Source: an uncultured Candidatus Saccharibacteria bacterium (GTDB taxonomy: Bacteria > Patescibacteriota > Minisyncoccia > Phycocordibacterales > UBA9973). From it: a DNA stretch of 64,000 bases. The notes below the pieces were generated by a model. The model saw only the letters and a list, made by a program, of their open reading frames with translations, was not told the DNA's origin and did no database searches. This document shows, piece by piece, positions 44,738 through 55,520 of the stretch. The first letter of the stretch is position 1; each line of letters starts with the position of its first letter. The stretch spans positions 8,206-72,205 of the forward strand of contig CAZLWF010000001.1 of the NCBI GenBank assembly GCA_964563615.1, given 5' to 3'. The position numbers and the translations under genes are program-made.

Positions 44738-46564
44738 TTATTCTAGATCAATGACGGTAATACTATTTTGACGTATTAAGATAGGACTGCCTAAATCAAT
44801 ATTGCCTTTTTCGGCTTGTGCTGAAATTGCTTGTAGATTTGGATTTGCTTCAATGTGATCATCATCTCTAAAGGTTGAGTATGCAGGAGAACTACCGATT
44901 GAACCGTATAATTTTTCACTCCAAAGCGCATTTCGATAATGTGAACCAGTAACCGGCGCACCATTAAATATCAGACCTGAAATTGTTTTCTCCGGACCAT
45001 TATTGTAAATATATAATCTGGTCTTATCACTTTTTACTGCTATTGCATCGAGTCCGGTGGCACGATTTGTAATTTCTACTTGTACGAACAAAGGGTTTGC
45101 GGAAGTGAAAACTGGCTTTAACATTTCATATGCAATACCCGGAACTCGTTTAACAAATGATTTTGAGCCACTTGTTTGAATAAAACTCGGATCAATAGTA
45201 AACGATCCATCTCCTGCGCCATATGGACTCACTGCAGTTTCATTTTCTAGAAAAATCGCTGAATTGACATAATTGTTGTGGACGCTGTTGAACTTAAGAA
45301 TCTCAAACAAGAAATTCCAAAGCATAACTCCGTGGAGCATTGTATGCGAACCGTACCCGCTTCTTTGTAAGCTCATGCCGTATTGCGCAAGATGCATTTT
45401 CAGATTCGGCATGTCCTCTTCATATTGCGCAAGCCGAGGAAGTACATCGTTGTTTAAGCTTGCTTGTAACAGTGTGTTTGATTCAGCAAAATAATCATCG
45501 ATATTTTTGAATTGACTGTCAGCTGTGGCTTGGATGCCATCAAGCCATAGGTACTGACTAAACTCTTCCACGCCATGAGCAAGTGCCCATTGATAGACAG
45601 CATTATTATCCCAACAATTGGTCTGATTAGTATTCGGACACGTTGTATGATCAGCCATATTTACTACTCGCTCTGGAAGCGATCCATAGTGACTATCGAG
45701 GTATGCATCAAATTCGTTGAGCTTTGCAATGTACTCATTTGAGGTAAGACTTCCCCCTTCACCACTCGATACTTCTTGACCATACCTAAGCTTATATTTG
45801 CTTATACCGTGCGCTCCGATCGAATCAATAAATGTTTTCATTTCCTCGGTCGTTCCACGAATGACATTAGCAGTAAACACCATTTTTTGACTATGGTTTT
45901 TGATGTAGTCAGCGGTCACGTCCCAAAAATCAATATTGGTTTCGTTGTTCTTTTTTTGTAGATTGTATGCACCTGTGGTCTTTTGTGTATGGTAAAAAAT
46001 TTCGTCAATATTTGCTCCCATGCCAACAGGAGATGGCAAAGGGGACAACGTCCTTCCGCTATCAAATCCACCTGTTGCTGACACTGGGTGTATCCATCGA
46101 TCTTCAGCACCGGCCGTATACGCCGCACTCGTAAATCCGATCTCATCGAGCATTGAATTCCAAAGGGGATTTGTTCCAAATTCAAGATAGTCACGTCCTA
46201 GATTATTCACAGCAACTCCATAGATATCTTTTGCAATTGGTGTCCCCTGTACAGTCGAAACATTAATCACAACATCATCAGTTGGGACATCTTCATCATC
46301 GGTAATTTGATATACAGTGTAGGTTTCTACATCACCACTATCATCAGTCGAAGGATCCCATGAGAGAACAACGGACGATGGAGTTGATGATTCTACTCTT
46401 AATCCTGTTGGAATTGAGGGTGCTATTGTATCACCTACAAGCGCACTATTAAAATTGTTTCTATTATTAATATTAAAAACTATAAAAACACCTAGTGCCA
46501 TAATGGCAACTATGAGAAAAAATAATTTAACAATATCGTATTGTGGGTTTCGTAAAAATGACAT
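44738..46564 (-). CDS. Membrane-anchored extracellular protein with FN3 domain and a large uncharacterised (possibly glycoside-hydrolase-like) domain
   Basis: An N-terminal TM segment is followed by the FN3-like sequence PTGLRVESSTPSSVVLSWDPSTDDSGDVETYTVYQ. The remaining 480 aa are unassigned. Confidence 0.55.
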   Translation of the reverse strand: MSFLRNPQYDIVKLFFLIVAIMALGVFIVFNINNRNNFNSALVGDTIAPSIPTGLRVESSTPSSVVLSWDPSTDDSGDVETYTVYQITDDEDVPTDDVVINVSTVQGTPIAKDIYGVAVNNLGRDYLEFGTNPLWNSMLDEIGFTSAAYTAGAEDRWIHPVSATGGFDSGRTLSPLPSPVGMGANIDEIFYHTQKTTGAYNLQKKNNETNIDFWDVTADYIKNHSQKMVFTANVIRGTTEEMKTFIDSIGAHGISKYKLRYGQEVSSGEGGSLTSNEYIAKLNEFDAYLDSHYGSLPERVVNMADHTTCPNTNQTNCWDNNAVYQWALAHGVEEFSQYLWLDGIQATADSQFKNIDDYFAESNTLLQASLNNDVLPRLAQYEEDMPNLKMHLAQYGMSLQRSGYGSHTMLHGVMLWNFLFEILKFNSVHNNYVNSAIFLENETAVSPYGAGDGSFTIDPSFIQTSGSKSFVKRVPGIAYEMLKPVFTSANPLFVQVEITNRATGLDAIAVKSDKTRLYIYNNGPEKTISGLIFNGAPVTGSHYRNALWSEKLYGSIGSSPAYSTFRDDDHIEANPNLQAISAQAEKGNIDLGSPILIRQNSITVIDLE

Positions 46565-46647
46565 ACTATGTCTTTCTTAGCTATAGTCTATGTATATGAT
46601 GTAACAAACTTATCTTACCACACATAGCTAATTCATGATTTATAATA

Positions 46648-47751
46648 TTATTTTAATGCTTTAAGCCCTGGCAAAGTACCCTTCGTCAAAAATGCCAACG
46701 TGGCCCCGCCTCCTGTTGAGACAAAAGTAAATTTCTTCTCTAGACGAAGTTTGTGAACTAATGCAACCGTATCTCCTCCACCAATTATAGTGGTTGCCTT
46801 TGATTTGACTAATAGCTCAAGTACACCACGCGTACCCCTATCAAACCCCTCTTCGTAGAGGCCAGTTGGACCATTCCAAACGACTAACTTAGCTTTTGCA
46901 ATAAGTAGTGCAACTTCTTGCACAGTGCGGCTACCAATATCAACAATAATATCTTTTGATGTAATTTCAGCAATCGACTTAGTTTGTTTGCCACCATCTT
47001 TTTGTGTTACGACCACATCAACAGGCAAGAGTAACTTGGGTGTTTTTAGAAGCTTTTGTAAATGGAAATTCTTCGGTTCGTATAATGACTTACCGATTTC
47101 AAACCCTGCATCTTTGAAAAAATTATTCATAAGCGCCCCAGTAATAAGCATGTGATCTGCAGATTGTATAAATTTGGTTATGAGAGGCATTTTCGTGTCA
47201 AACTTGGCGCCACCTAGGATAAAAAGAAATGGGTGTTTGGGTTGTAAAATAAGCGATAAATGTTCAACTTCCTCAATTACCTGAAGTCCAGCATAGCTTG
47301 GAAGCAACTTCGGCATAAGGACGAGTGATGCATGCTTTCTGTGAGAGACAGAGAAAGCATCGTTGACGTATACATCAGCCAGGCTGGCTAATTTTTTTGC
47401 AAATGCCATGTCATTGTTCATTTCACCACTATTGCGTCTAACATTTTCAAGCAATACTATTTTAGTAGTATCAAACTCAATTGCATTAGGTAATGGATCT
47501 TGGATGAATCGAATTTTCATTTTCTTTGAGAGCCATGTCGCAACTGACTGCAAAGAAACACTACCATCCTCACCAGCGTGTGAAACGATAATAATACGGG
47601 CGCCTTTTTTCTTGAGATACTCTATTGTTGGCAATGTTTTTTCAATACGAAATGCATCGCGAACTTTGCCATTTTCAATTGGCACATTAAAGTCAGCACG
47701 CAATAAGACAATCTTGCCTTGTAGAGTTTTAATACTCGTAATTGATTTCAT
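46648..47751 (-). CDS. pgk: Phosphoglycerate kinase
   Basis: The motifs LRADFNVP, VSHAG and GGGDT are present. Confidence 0.93.
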   Translation of the reverse strand: MKSITSIKTLQGKIVLLRADFNVPIENGKVRDAFRIEKTLPTIEYLKKKGARIIIVSHAGEDGSVSLQSVATWLSKKMKIRFIQDPLPNAIEFDTTKIVLLENVRRNSGEMNNDMAFAKKLASLADVYVNDAFSVSHRKHASLVLMPKLLPSYAGLQVIEEVEHLSLILQPKHPFLFILGGAKFDTKMPLITKFIQSADHMLITGALMNNFFKDAGFEIGKSLYEPKNFHLQKLLKTPKLLLPVDVVVTQKDGGKQTKSIAEITSKDIIVDIGSRTVQEVALLIAKAKLVVWNGPTGLYEEGFDRGTRGVLELLVKSKATTIIGGGDTVALVHKLRLEKKFTFVSTGGGATLAFLTKGTLPGLKALK

Positions 47752-47754
47752 ATA

Positions 47755-48522
47755 TTACATCTCATTCGCCATTGCAAGGATTTTTAAAAATTTCTTCGGC
47801 TCAAGACTAACACGACCCGGCAACAGTCCGTCAACACCACCATGATATAGGAAGCCTTGTGCATTCTGCTCGTCTACTGAACCGCCGTAAATAATACGCG
47901 GGAGTGCTGCATATCGTGCACCAAATAGATCAGTGAGCACTTTACGTATATATATAGCCATTTCTTCAGATTCAATAGGTGTTGCAACTCTTTTAGCATC
48001 TTTACCAATTGCCCATAGTGGTTCATACGCTATGACGAGCGACTTTAACTCTGATGCTTTTATATCTTTAAGACATTCTTCTAATTGTGATTTTACAGCA
48101 TGCAAATACCAGACATCATCTTCACGAGTGCTCTCGCCGATACAGAGAATTGGTAGAATATTTTTCTTAAGCGCAGCTTTTATTTTTTTATTTATAAGCT
48201 CGTTTGTTTCCCCCAGAGCACGACGTTCTGAATGACCTACAATAACTGCTGTCGCACCTGCTTCTTGCAACATACTCATTGCTATTTCTCCTGTATAGGG
48301 GCCATTGGCTTCATAAAATGCATTCTGTGCAGCCAAACTGAGACGTTTAGAGGCCAATGATTTCAAAACCGGTAAGTACAAATACGGAACTGCAACTATG
48401 ACATCGATATTCTTATACGAATGATGTTCCTTTTTAATTGCTTTAAATATTGCGAGAGCTTTCGAGAATCCCACTGGATTCATTTTCCAGTTGCCAACAA
48501 TAATTTTCCGCTTTGATTCCAT
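47755..48522 (-). CDS. tpiA: Triosephosphate isomerase
   Basis: The motifs GNWKMN, VGHSERR, YEPLWAIG and GGSV are present. Confidence 0.93.
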   Translation of the reverse strand: MESKRKIIVGNWKMNPVGFSKALAIFKAIKKEHHSYKNIDVIVAVPYLYLPVLKSLASKRLSLAAQNAFYEANGPYTGEIAMSMLQEAGATAVIVGHSERRALGETNELINKKIKAALKKNILPILCIGESTREDDVWYLHAVKSQLEECLKDIKASELKSLVIAYEPLWAIGKDAKRVATPIESEEMAIYIRKVLTDLFGARYAALPRIIYGGSVDEQNAQGFLYHGGVDGLLPGRVSLEPKKFLKILAMANEM

Positions 48523-48542
48523 ACACTAAGTATACCATGAGA

Positions 48543-50033
48543 TTACTGCAGCTCTTGCCAAAATATTGTTGAATATTTATCTGATGTCCTCGGGAATGAT
48601 GGCGGTGGGCTATAGAGCAAATTAGCATCGTACGTATAGATACGAGATAAAAATCCACTTGCATCATTACTATAGCTCAATACTCCCTGCAAATTACTAC
48701 CAATCATGCCGTATGAATTAAATGAACTGAGCACATCATTTGGCGAACATTGTGCTGAACCATTGCCATTACCGGGACCAGGATAGTTGTAACGTATTAA
48801 GTTCCCATTTTGCGCAATAAGCGCTGCATCAACTGTAAGCACATCATCAGCAAAAAGGCCAACAATGGCATTATTCTGTGCAATAAGTCCAACAACATCC
48901 TGACCATCAAAGTTAGTGTAATTAATGCTGTGATTTATAATTATATTTTTTCTTGTTGAGGGATTATCAGGGAATTTTGCCGCTGCAATAGTAAGACGAG
49001 CACTGTTGACGGTACCGTCAACCCAAACATCATCTTCAGTAAAGATCAGTCCATTGGTAGGATTGGGGAAATTCCCAATGAGCGTCTGACCGCCAGCAGA
49101 AGGATTAATGCTCCACGTTCCCCAGCCATTTTGGTTCGAAGTATTTTTGCATGAATTGCGCGGCACTGGCGCCAAGCTATTTACTCTATATATATCAAAC
49201 GTATCATTGGTTTTTAGAACAATATGGTATCCCAAGGCTCCAGATGCAGCAAAATAATTACCACTTGTTTGTGCATCTGTCTTAAATGTTGATAAATTAC
49301 TAGTTATACCTACGAAATCCACTTGAGGTACTGGGAATTGTCTACCGGCAATAAAAACATCAGGTCTATTCTGCATAACAGATGGTGGTGCCTCAGCAGC
49401 TACATAGTTACCCCCGTATATTCCATTTAGTGGCGGAGGTTTTACATGAGTATGAACACCAAATTCTTGAGTAGCTCCAGGATGACTCGTATCAATATAT
49501 GATGCTTTGCCGCTAGTTACTACGTTATGTGCCAAAGCATCAAATCGTATACCGCCATTTGAATGCACAGGTCCAAAAAACTCAGCACCTTCAATAAAGC
49601 GAGTGTCAGCATTCGTCACAAGCGCAAACCGTGCCCAGGAAGGTATGGCTAAGTGAGTAACAACTGTGCGCGATATATTTGGATCAGAAGCAAGTGTACC
49701 TTTTGATTCGATGATGACAAGCGTTGAGCCAATAGGCGGTGGTGTAATTGTAAGCGTAAAGGTTCCGATTTGATTGCCATCTTTATCATTAAATGCGTGC
49801 ACATAAGGACCAGGCTGACCTGTACCATCCTGATAATCATTTGTTGCATGCGCTAAATGCCATCGATAATAATCAATACCCGCTTCTGCGATTTCAAAAG
49901 CCTGCTCGCGCTTTACGAGATTTGCTGCTGATTTCAAGCTCGCACCTGCCCAGCCAACAAATGCCACAACAAGCGTAATCGCAATTGCTGAGAAAACAAT
50001 AGTATTAAGAAGTATAAATCCTTTTATTCTCAT
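48543..50033 (-). CDS. PilX-like large minor pilin / pilus-associated protein
   Basis: The N-terminal hydrophobic helix MRIKGFILLNTIVFSAIAITLVV is a degenerate prepilin-like leader. The gene overlaps the upstream pseudopilin by 4 nt. Confidence 0.5.
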   Translation of the reverse strand: MRIKGFILLNTIVFSAIAITLVVAFVGWAGASLKSAANLVKREQAFEIAEAGIDYYRWHLAHATNDYQDGTGQPGPYVHAFNDKDGNQIGTFTLTITPPPIGSTLVIIESKGTLASDPNISRTVVTHLAIPSWARFALVTNADTRFIEGAEFFGPVHSNGGIRFDALAHNVVTSGKASYIDTSHPGATQEFGVHTHVKPPPLNGIYGGNYVAAEAPPSVMQNRPDVFIAGRQFPVPQVDFVGITSNLSTFKTDAQTSGNYFAASGALGYHIVLKTNDTFDIYRVNSLAPVPRNSCKNTSNQNGWGTWSINPSAGGQTLIGNFPNPTNGLIFTEDDVWVDGTVNSARLTIAAAKFPDNPSTRKNIIINHSINYTNFDGQDVVGLIAQNNAIVGLFADDVLTVDAALIAQNGNLIRYNYPGPGNGNGSAQCSPNDVLSSFNSYGMIGSNLQGVLSYSNDASGFLSRIYTYDANLLYSPPPSFPRTSDKYSTIFWQELQ

Positions 50034-50626
50034 AAATTATCTTTTAGATTTCTCATTGATATTTGAGTCATGACTGTCATCGGACCCGGCGTTCGATTAA
50101 CATCTTCATCAATAATAAAAGTGACCTTCACTAGCCGTATAGTTGAAATAATAACTGGCTGCACCAATGGATTCGTTGTGCCATCATAATTAGTATCATA
50201 ATATTCAAAAATTGGACTCGTACCATTTTGTACACCCTCAACAACGTCTGTAATAATTTCAGAGCTAGGATCGTATATAAAATTATTACCTGTTGGCTTG
50301 ATGATACCTTTCTTTAATAGTGTACCACTTACGTAGTATCGCACACGCTCCTTGAGTCCATCGTTATCAATATCAGAGAAAAAAACAAATGCATTTGATG
50401 CAGCCTGCTCAATTGGATATGCACCAGCCGATGATGGCGATATTGATCTGATTTCATCTGCCATCGGCCTTAGAATACGACGCGCTTGGTCGGAAGTATT
50501 GAGTGAGTGTGAAAAGATATTTGAAAAATAAAATGTATCACCACTAAACCTTCCCACAATCGTAACCACGATGCCGATGACAGCAAGGGTTACGAGCAAT
50601 TCAATGAGTGTAAAGCCTTTTGACAT
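50030..50626 (-). CDS. Type IV pilin-like protein (prepilin N-terminal motif)
   Basis: MSKGFTLIELLVTLAVIGIV matches the G|FTLIE class III signal. Confidence 0.78.
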   Translation of the reverse strand: MSKGFTLIELLVTLAVIGIVVTIVGRFSGDTFYFSNIFSHSLNTSDQARRILRPMADEIRSISPSSAGAYPIEQAASNAFVFFSDIDNDGLKERVRYYVSGTLLKKGIIKPTGNNFIYDPSSEIITDVVEGVQNGTSPIFEYYDTNYDGTTNPLVQPVIISTIRLVKVTFIIDEDVNRTPGPMTVMTQISMRNLKDNL

Positions 50627-50630
50627 AGAA

Positions 50631-52445
50631 TTATGGTGTTATAGCAACCTCAAGCTTCTGCCAATTTGAATTAATAGTAACTGACCCAGAATACGTCTGG
50701 TATCCTGCTTTTACGACGGACACCGTATACTCTCCAGCCGAAAGTCCACTGAATGAAACTTGCCCTGGTGGTGTACATGAGGTTGTAAATGTAAATGAAA
50801 TATCTGATATCGATGGTGTGACAGAGGTATCCTCTGTCGTAAGAAACACCCGATAGCGAAAATATCGATTGCCATTGAGAAGTGCACTCAATGCATTATC
50901 TCCACTTGTATAGTAGGTGGCATTTGTACCATCACGGCCTCTAAAATCCCAGGTTGCATTATCATTGTTCGTTGCCACTTGAAACTTAACACTTTCACTA
51001 CCAGCTTGCGCTGGTTGCGGTGTAGGCGACCAATAAATCTGATGGAAATTATTTTCTCCATTCGTATCAAATGTTGAAGAGGTCAGATACCCACTCGACA
51101 CGTACGTACCAAATACATTTCGCAATTTTAATTCGCCTGTAGGACTTTTTGCATCAATATTACCATCTGAACTAGAATAAAGGGTCGGATCAACAAAATC
51201 TTCTTGATCGCTACCTCCTGACCAATCAGTCTGTGTCAAAAATCCTTCACCCGTTCGTTGGATGACATCATATGACAGATCTTCAGTTGCAACTTCAACA
51301 TTGGCATCTGTAATGGGCAATCCGGTTGATTGATCTCGGACAACAACGAGTAACCGATTTGGATTCTTTGGTGCAACAATGAGCTGCATATCTTGTAGCG
51401 AATCAGGCAAGAGCCCAAGTGATAAGAGCGGGTTGGTACCGATAAGATCATAGGTCGAATCAGCAAGTGCAATTGTGTAGGTATCCCATTCAAGGTTTGT
51501 TATCGTCTTTACACCAGAGCTATTTGTAGTTTCTGTAGATGTATACTTCAAAACATCAGGCGTTGTCCCAATTATTTTTGACCCTGAAAGTTCGTAGGTT
51601 ACCCCAGGTTTTGCCACGCACGTATCGCTCGTCGTGGTAGTCGTCAATGTACTTGTTTTATCAATACTAAAACTTACCTGAGTAATTTGTTGAACAACGA
51701 CCGTTGCATCAGGTGTTGTAGGATTTGGATTATCGATTGCATTTGGTGGATATGATTGGTCAGTAGAATAGCCATCTTTGGTTACGACAATGTGGTACGA
51801 GCCGACTGCAGGTGGAGCATCGACAATAGTAAGTGTGCCATCCACACCACTGACATCACTAATGTGAACGGCAGGAACGAGCGTTGGGTTATCAATAGTT
51901 ATTGTGGCATCAGGCAGTGCTACTCCATTTGCATCAAACACATTGATAATGAGTGCTCCATTCGTCGAGGCTGTCTCCAAATCTTTCGGTGCTATGTGGG
52001 TTGTATACATGAGTGGTACAAAATTTTGACACACCACACAAGTAATCTCGATCGTTACTAGCTTATTGTCAGCCGGAGAAAGATCATTGGGAGTGCCTCC
52101 GATAGTACCGTCGAACACTTCGTCAATATTTCGAATTGTTGTTGTCACACCAAATGAAATCCCATCACGTGTTAATGTCTGTATATGTGGAATAGAACCT
52201 GATGGGATACCACCTTGAGTTCCGACACTTGCATATGGCAGATTGCGTAAAATTTCAAACTCTTCATTTGCAAGAGAAGCTGCGACAACCCGAGCATTTA
52301 AAATCGTCGTCGTTTTTATAATTTTTACATACACTTCATATAATGCGACAGACACAACCATGAAAAATCCTATTGCAACGAGTGTCTCAATTAGCGTCAT
52401 ACCGCGATACCTGTTTGTTGTTTGTCGTTGCATATTATGAAACAC
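50631..52445 (-). CDS. Giant pseudopilin (604 aa) with repeated Ig/carboxypeptidase-regulatory-like beta domains
   Basis: RGMTLIETLVAIGFFMVV is a prepilin motif. Repeats such as INVFDANGVALPDATITI and VVVRDQSTGLPITDANVEV are present. Confidence 0.68.
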   Translation of the reverse strand: MFHNMQRQTTNRYRGMTLIETLVAIGFFMVVSVALYEVYVKIIKTTTILNARVVAASLANEEFEILRNLPYASVGTQGGIPSGSIPHIQTLTRDGISFGVTTTIRNIDEVFDGTIGGTPNDLSPADNKLVTIEITCVVCQNFVPLMYTTHIAPKDLETASTNGALIINVFDANGVALPDATITIDNPTLVPAVHISDVSGVDGTLTIVDAPPAVGSYHIVVTKDGYSTDQSYPPNAIDNPNPTTPDATVVVQQITQVSFSIDKTSTLTTTTTSDTCVAKPGVTYELSGSKIIGTTPDVLKYTSTETTNSSGVKTITNLEWDTYTIALADSTYDLIGTNPLLSLGLLPDSLQDMQLIVAPKNPNRLLVVVRDQSTGLPITDANVEVATEDLSYDVIQRTGEGFLTQTDWSGGSDQEDFVDPTLYSSSDGNIDAKSPTGELKLRNVFGTYVSSGYLTSSTFDTNGENNFHQIYWSPTPQPAQAGSESVKFQVATNNDNATWDFRGRDGTNATYYTSGDNALSALLNGNRYFRYRVFLTTEDTSVTPSISDISFTFTTSCTPPGQVSFSGLSAGEYTVSVVKAGYQTYSGSVTINSNWQKLEVAITP

Positions 52446-53652
52446 TATCCATTAAGGAATACATCGGTGAAATCATTGATATCGCAAAGAATCCCACAGC
52501 CCCACCAATAAAAATCATTAAAATTGGCTCAATAATAGTTGATAGGTCCTTTGTTTTTGTATCAACCTCACCTTCATAGAAAGTAGCAATATCCATAAGC
52601 ATGCTTGATAATTTGCCTGTTTCTTCTCCAACTTCCATCATCTCTCCAACCATGATTGGATAGAGCCGATCTGCTTCCTTAAATATTGAAGAAAGTGTGA
52701 TACCTTTTTGCACTGACACAATCGCCTTAGAGATAACTGCCTTGTAATACATATTCTGAACCACTTCTTCAGTAATCATTAATGCTTTCGTCATATCAAC
52801 ACCTGCATTTAAAAGTGACGATAATGTCCGGGCAGTACGTGCTGCATTTACTTCTTGCACAATGCCACCAATAACAGGTATGCGAATAATAATAAAATCA
52901 GTATATTTTTTAATACCCTTTATTTTTGAAATTCCAAACAATCCACCTCCAAATGCAAAGAGAACAAGGAAGGTAAGGACGGGGCTATGCGAGAGCGAGT
53001 CACTAATAAATATGATTAGTTGTGTACTTTTCGGTAATTCTACATTTAAGTCTTTAAATGTATTCGTCAGTGTCGGCACGACAAATATCATCATCAAAAT
53101 ACCAATAAGCACAATTGCGACCATGATAATAGACGGGTACATGAGAGCGCCTTTTATTTTCTTATTGAGTGCATATGTTTTCTCAAGCGTGCCACCAACT
53201 TCACTCAATGTTTGCGGCATACTTCCGGATTCCTCCCCAGCACGAACCATAGAGACAAACAGCGTAGAAAATACTTTTGGGAATTTCGTCATCCCTTCAG
53301 ATAGCGTGCCGCCACGGTCAATATCTTTGATAAGCATACTTAATATTTTCTTAAATTTCTCATTTATCGTTTGCTTCTCCAATACTGACAAAGCTCGGTA
53401 GAGTGACAGCCCAGCTGAGAGCATGCCGCTTAGATTTCTGGTAAAAATTATTTTTTCGTGTAGTTTAACACCACCGAAGAGTCCACTTAAAAAAGATAGT
53501 CCTCCAAGCGCTTTTACTTTTGTAAGTGTAAGCGCAAGCGGTATGAGACCTTGAGCACGAAGCGCTTTTGCTGCGACAAATTTATCTGACGCTTCAATAA
53601 CACCTTCAGTCTGCACACCCTCTTTATTTTTTGCTTTGTATGTGAATTGCAT
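52435..53652 (-). CDS. pilC: Type IV pilus assembly platform protein PilC (GspF family)
   Basis: The protein is 405 aa with two T2SSF repeats and three TM segments. It lies next to pilB. Confidence 0.9.
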   Translation of the reverse strand: MQFTYKAKNKEGVQTEGVIEASDKFVAAKALRAQGLIPLALTLTKVKALGGLSFLSGLFGGVKLHEKIIFTRNLSGMLSAGLSLYRALSVLEKQTINEKFKKILSMLIKDIDRGGTLSEGMTKFPKVFSTLFVSMVRAGEESGSMPQTLSEVGGTLEKTYALNKKIKGALMYPSIIMVAIVLIGILMMIFVVPTLTNTFKDLNVELPKSTQLIIFISDSLSHSPVLTFLVLFAFGGGLFGISKIKGIKKYTDFIIIRIPVIGGIVQEVNAARTARTLSSLLNAGVDMTKALMITEEVVQNMYYKAVISKAIVSVQKGITLSSIFKEADRLYPIMVGEMMEVGEETGKLSSMLMDIATFYEGEVDTKTKDLSTIIEPILMIFIGGAVGFFAISMISPMYSLMDSVS

Positions 53653-53664
53653 AATATATTTTGA

Positions 53665-55422
53665 CTATTCCGACACGACTCGAAGCACTTCCTCTGTTGT
53701 GGTTAACCCCGATACTGCCATATATAATCCATCTTCAAGCATCGTCATCATTCCCTCTTTTTTAGCCTGATCTGAGATAACGTCTTCTGAAGCACCCTTT
53801 AGTATGAGCTCCTTGATACTTGTCGTCACTTTTAATACTTCATGAATACCAAGTCGACCACTATAACCTGATTCCGATTCTTCTGAAGGTACAGCTTTAT
53901 AGAACGGTATCGTCTCCCAGGTCGCATCTTGTGGCACAATATTCTCAGTCTTGATCATAGTAAGCATCCGATCCAAATCTATAATTTTAGCTAATGCAGC
54001 TATTTCAGTTGGATTTAAAAAATACTTTTCTTTCGTATTGGTTAATTTTCTCACAAGACGTTGGCCGATAATCGTCTTTATAGTTGAGACCAAGAGAAAT
54101 GATTCAGCGCCCATGTCTATCATACGAGGAATAGCACCCGCGGCTGAATTCGTATGGATTGTCGAGAGCACCAAGTGACCAGTCAACGCAGCATTAATAG
54201 CAAGTGATGCCGTCTCCGTATCTCGGATCTCACCAACCATGATAATATCTGGGTCTTGTCGCAAGAGCGTGCGAAGTCCGTTAGCAAACGTAAGCCCGAT
54301 TTCTGATTTGACCTGAGTTTGGTTGATTCGCTGCATTTGATATTCGATCGGATCTTCGACAGTGGAAATATTAACGTCAGGTGTATTTAGAATATCGAGC
54401 ACAGTATAGAGTGTTGTGGTTTTACCTGAACCAGTCGGTCCAGTCGCCAAAATCATACCCGTTTTTTGCTTCATACCTTCATGAATGCGCTCCATCGCTT
54501 CTCCATGGAAGCCCAAACCTTCCAGAGTAAAACCTTTGGCATTTTCCTTCAATATTCTGATAACTGTTTTCTCGCCATAATAGGTAGGTAATGTTGAGAC
54601 ACGAAACGATACCTGATCACCAGCTTCAGTCGTGATTTTGAAGCGTCCGTCTTGTGGCAACCGTTTCTCGTCGAGTTTTAGATTCGACAGCACTTTAATA
54701 CGCGCTGTAATACCAGCTGCTGCATCTTTGGGCAGTACCATCGCATCATGGAGTATGCCGTCGATACGATAGCGAACAAGCAATTCATTTTCCTCAGGCT
54801 CAATATGGATATCAGATGTATTTTGGAGGATTGCATGGGATATAAGTGTATCGACAATCTTAACTACTGGCAGATCATCAGCCATGGCTTTGAGTTCTTT
54901 ACCAGAAAGTCCTGTTTCACCATTTTCTTCGGCGATCATCTTAAGTGACACAGATTCTTTTTTGATGATGTCATCAAAATCAGCCTTGAGACTTTTTTTG
55001 TACTGCGACAGTGCATGTTTGAGTGACTCAGTATCAGTCAAACGCGGCGAAATCTTAAGCTCAACTTTTTTCTTAATGAAGTCGATCACCGAGAGGTCTT
55101 CAATATCGAGCATCGCAACTTCGAGTTCATCAGCACGCTTGCGATACGCGATAATATTGTGATTGCGAGCAATAGGTTCAGGAATAAGTGAAAGTATTTC
55201 AAACGGAATTTTCTCTCCAAGCAGTGAAATAAACGGTATGCCTAATATATAGGCTTGCATTCGTTTGAGATCAGAATCGGTAATCTTACCAGCTGACAAG
55301 AGTACATCGCCGATCGATTGCTCTTTCTCTTTGGCTTCTTTTATTGCTGCTGTTAAATCCGCTTTCGAAACTAATCCCGCTTCTGCAATAAAAGTTTTTA
55401 ATTGTTCTTCTTTGATTTGCAT
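53665..55422 (-). CDS. pilB: Type IV pilus assembly ATPase PilB (GspE family)
   Basis: Walker A GPTGSGKTTT, Asp box and His box (TGHLVLSTIHTN) motifs are present. Confidence 0.93.
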   Translation of the reverse strand: MQIKEEQLKTFIAEAGLVSKADLTAAIKEAKEKEQSIGDVLLSAGKITDSDLKRMQAYILGIPFISLLGEKIPFEILSLIPEPIARNHNIIAYRKRADELEVAMLDIEDLSVIDFIKKKVELKISPRLTDTESLKHALSQYKKSLKADFDDIIKKESVSLKMIAEENGETGLSGKELKAMADDLPVVKIVDTLISHAILQNTSDIHIEPEENELLVRYRIDGILHDAMVLPKDAAAGITARIKVLSNLKLDEKRLPQDGRFKITTEAGDQVSFRVSTLPTYYGEKTVIRILKENAKGFTLEGLGFHGEAMERIHEGMKQKTGMILATGPTGSGKTTTLYTVLDILNTPDVNISTVEDPIEYQMQRINQTQVKSEIGLTFANGLRTLLRQDPDIIMVGEIRDTETASLAINAALTGHLVLSTIHTNSAAGAIPRMIDMGAESFLLVSTIKTIIGQRLVRKLTNTKEKYFLNPTEIAALAKIIDLDRMLTMIKTENIVPQDATWETIPFYKAVPSEESESGYSGRLGIHEVLKVTTSIKELILKGASEDVISDQAKKEGMMTMLEDGLYMAVSGLTTTEEVLRVVSE

Positions 55423-55470
55423 AAGAAATATACATGTTTATTATAGCAGAGAAGAAATAATTATTGGTAT

Positions 55471-55507
55471 AAAAAAACAAAATCGCCACAGGCGATTTTG
55501 TTTTTTA
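55471..55507 (-). terminator. Rho-independent terminator upstream of pilB
   Basis: The sequence is AAAAAAACAAAATCGCCacaGGCGATTTTGTTTTTTT. Confidence 0.75.
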
Positions 55508-55520
55508 TCTTAGGTTAGTT

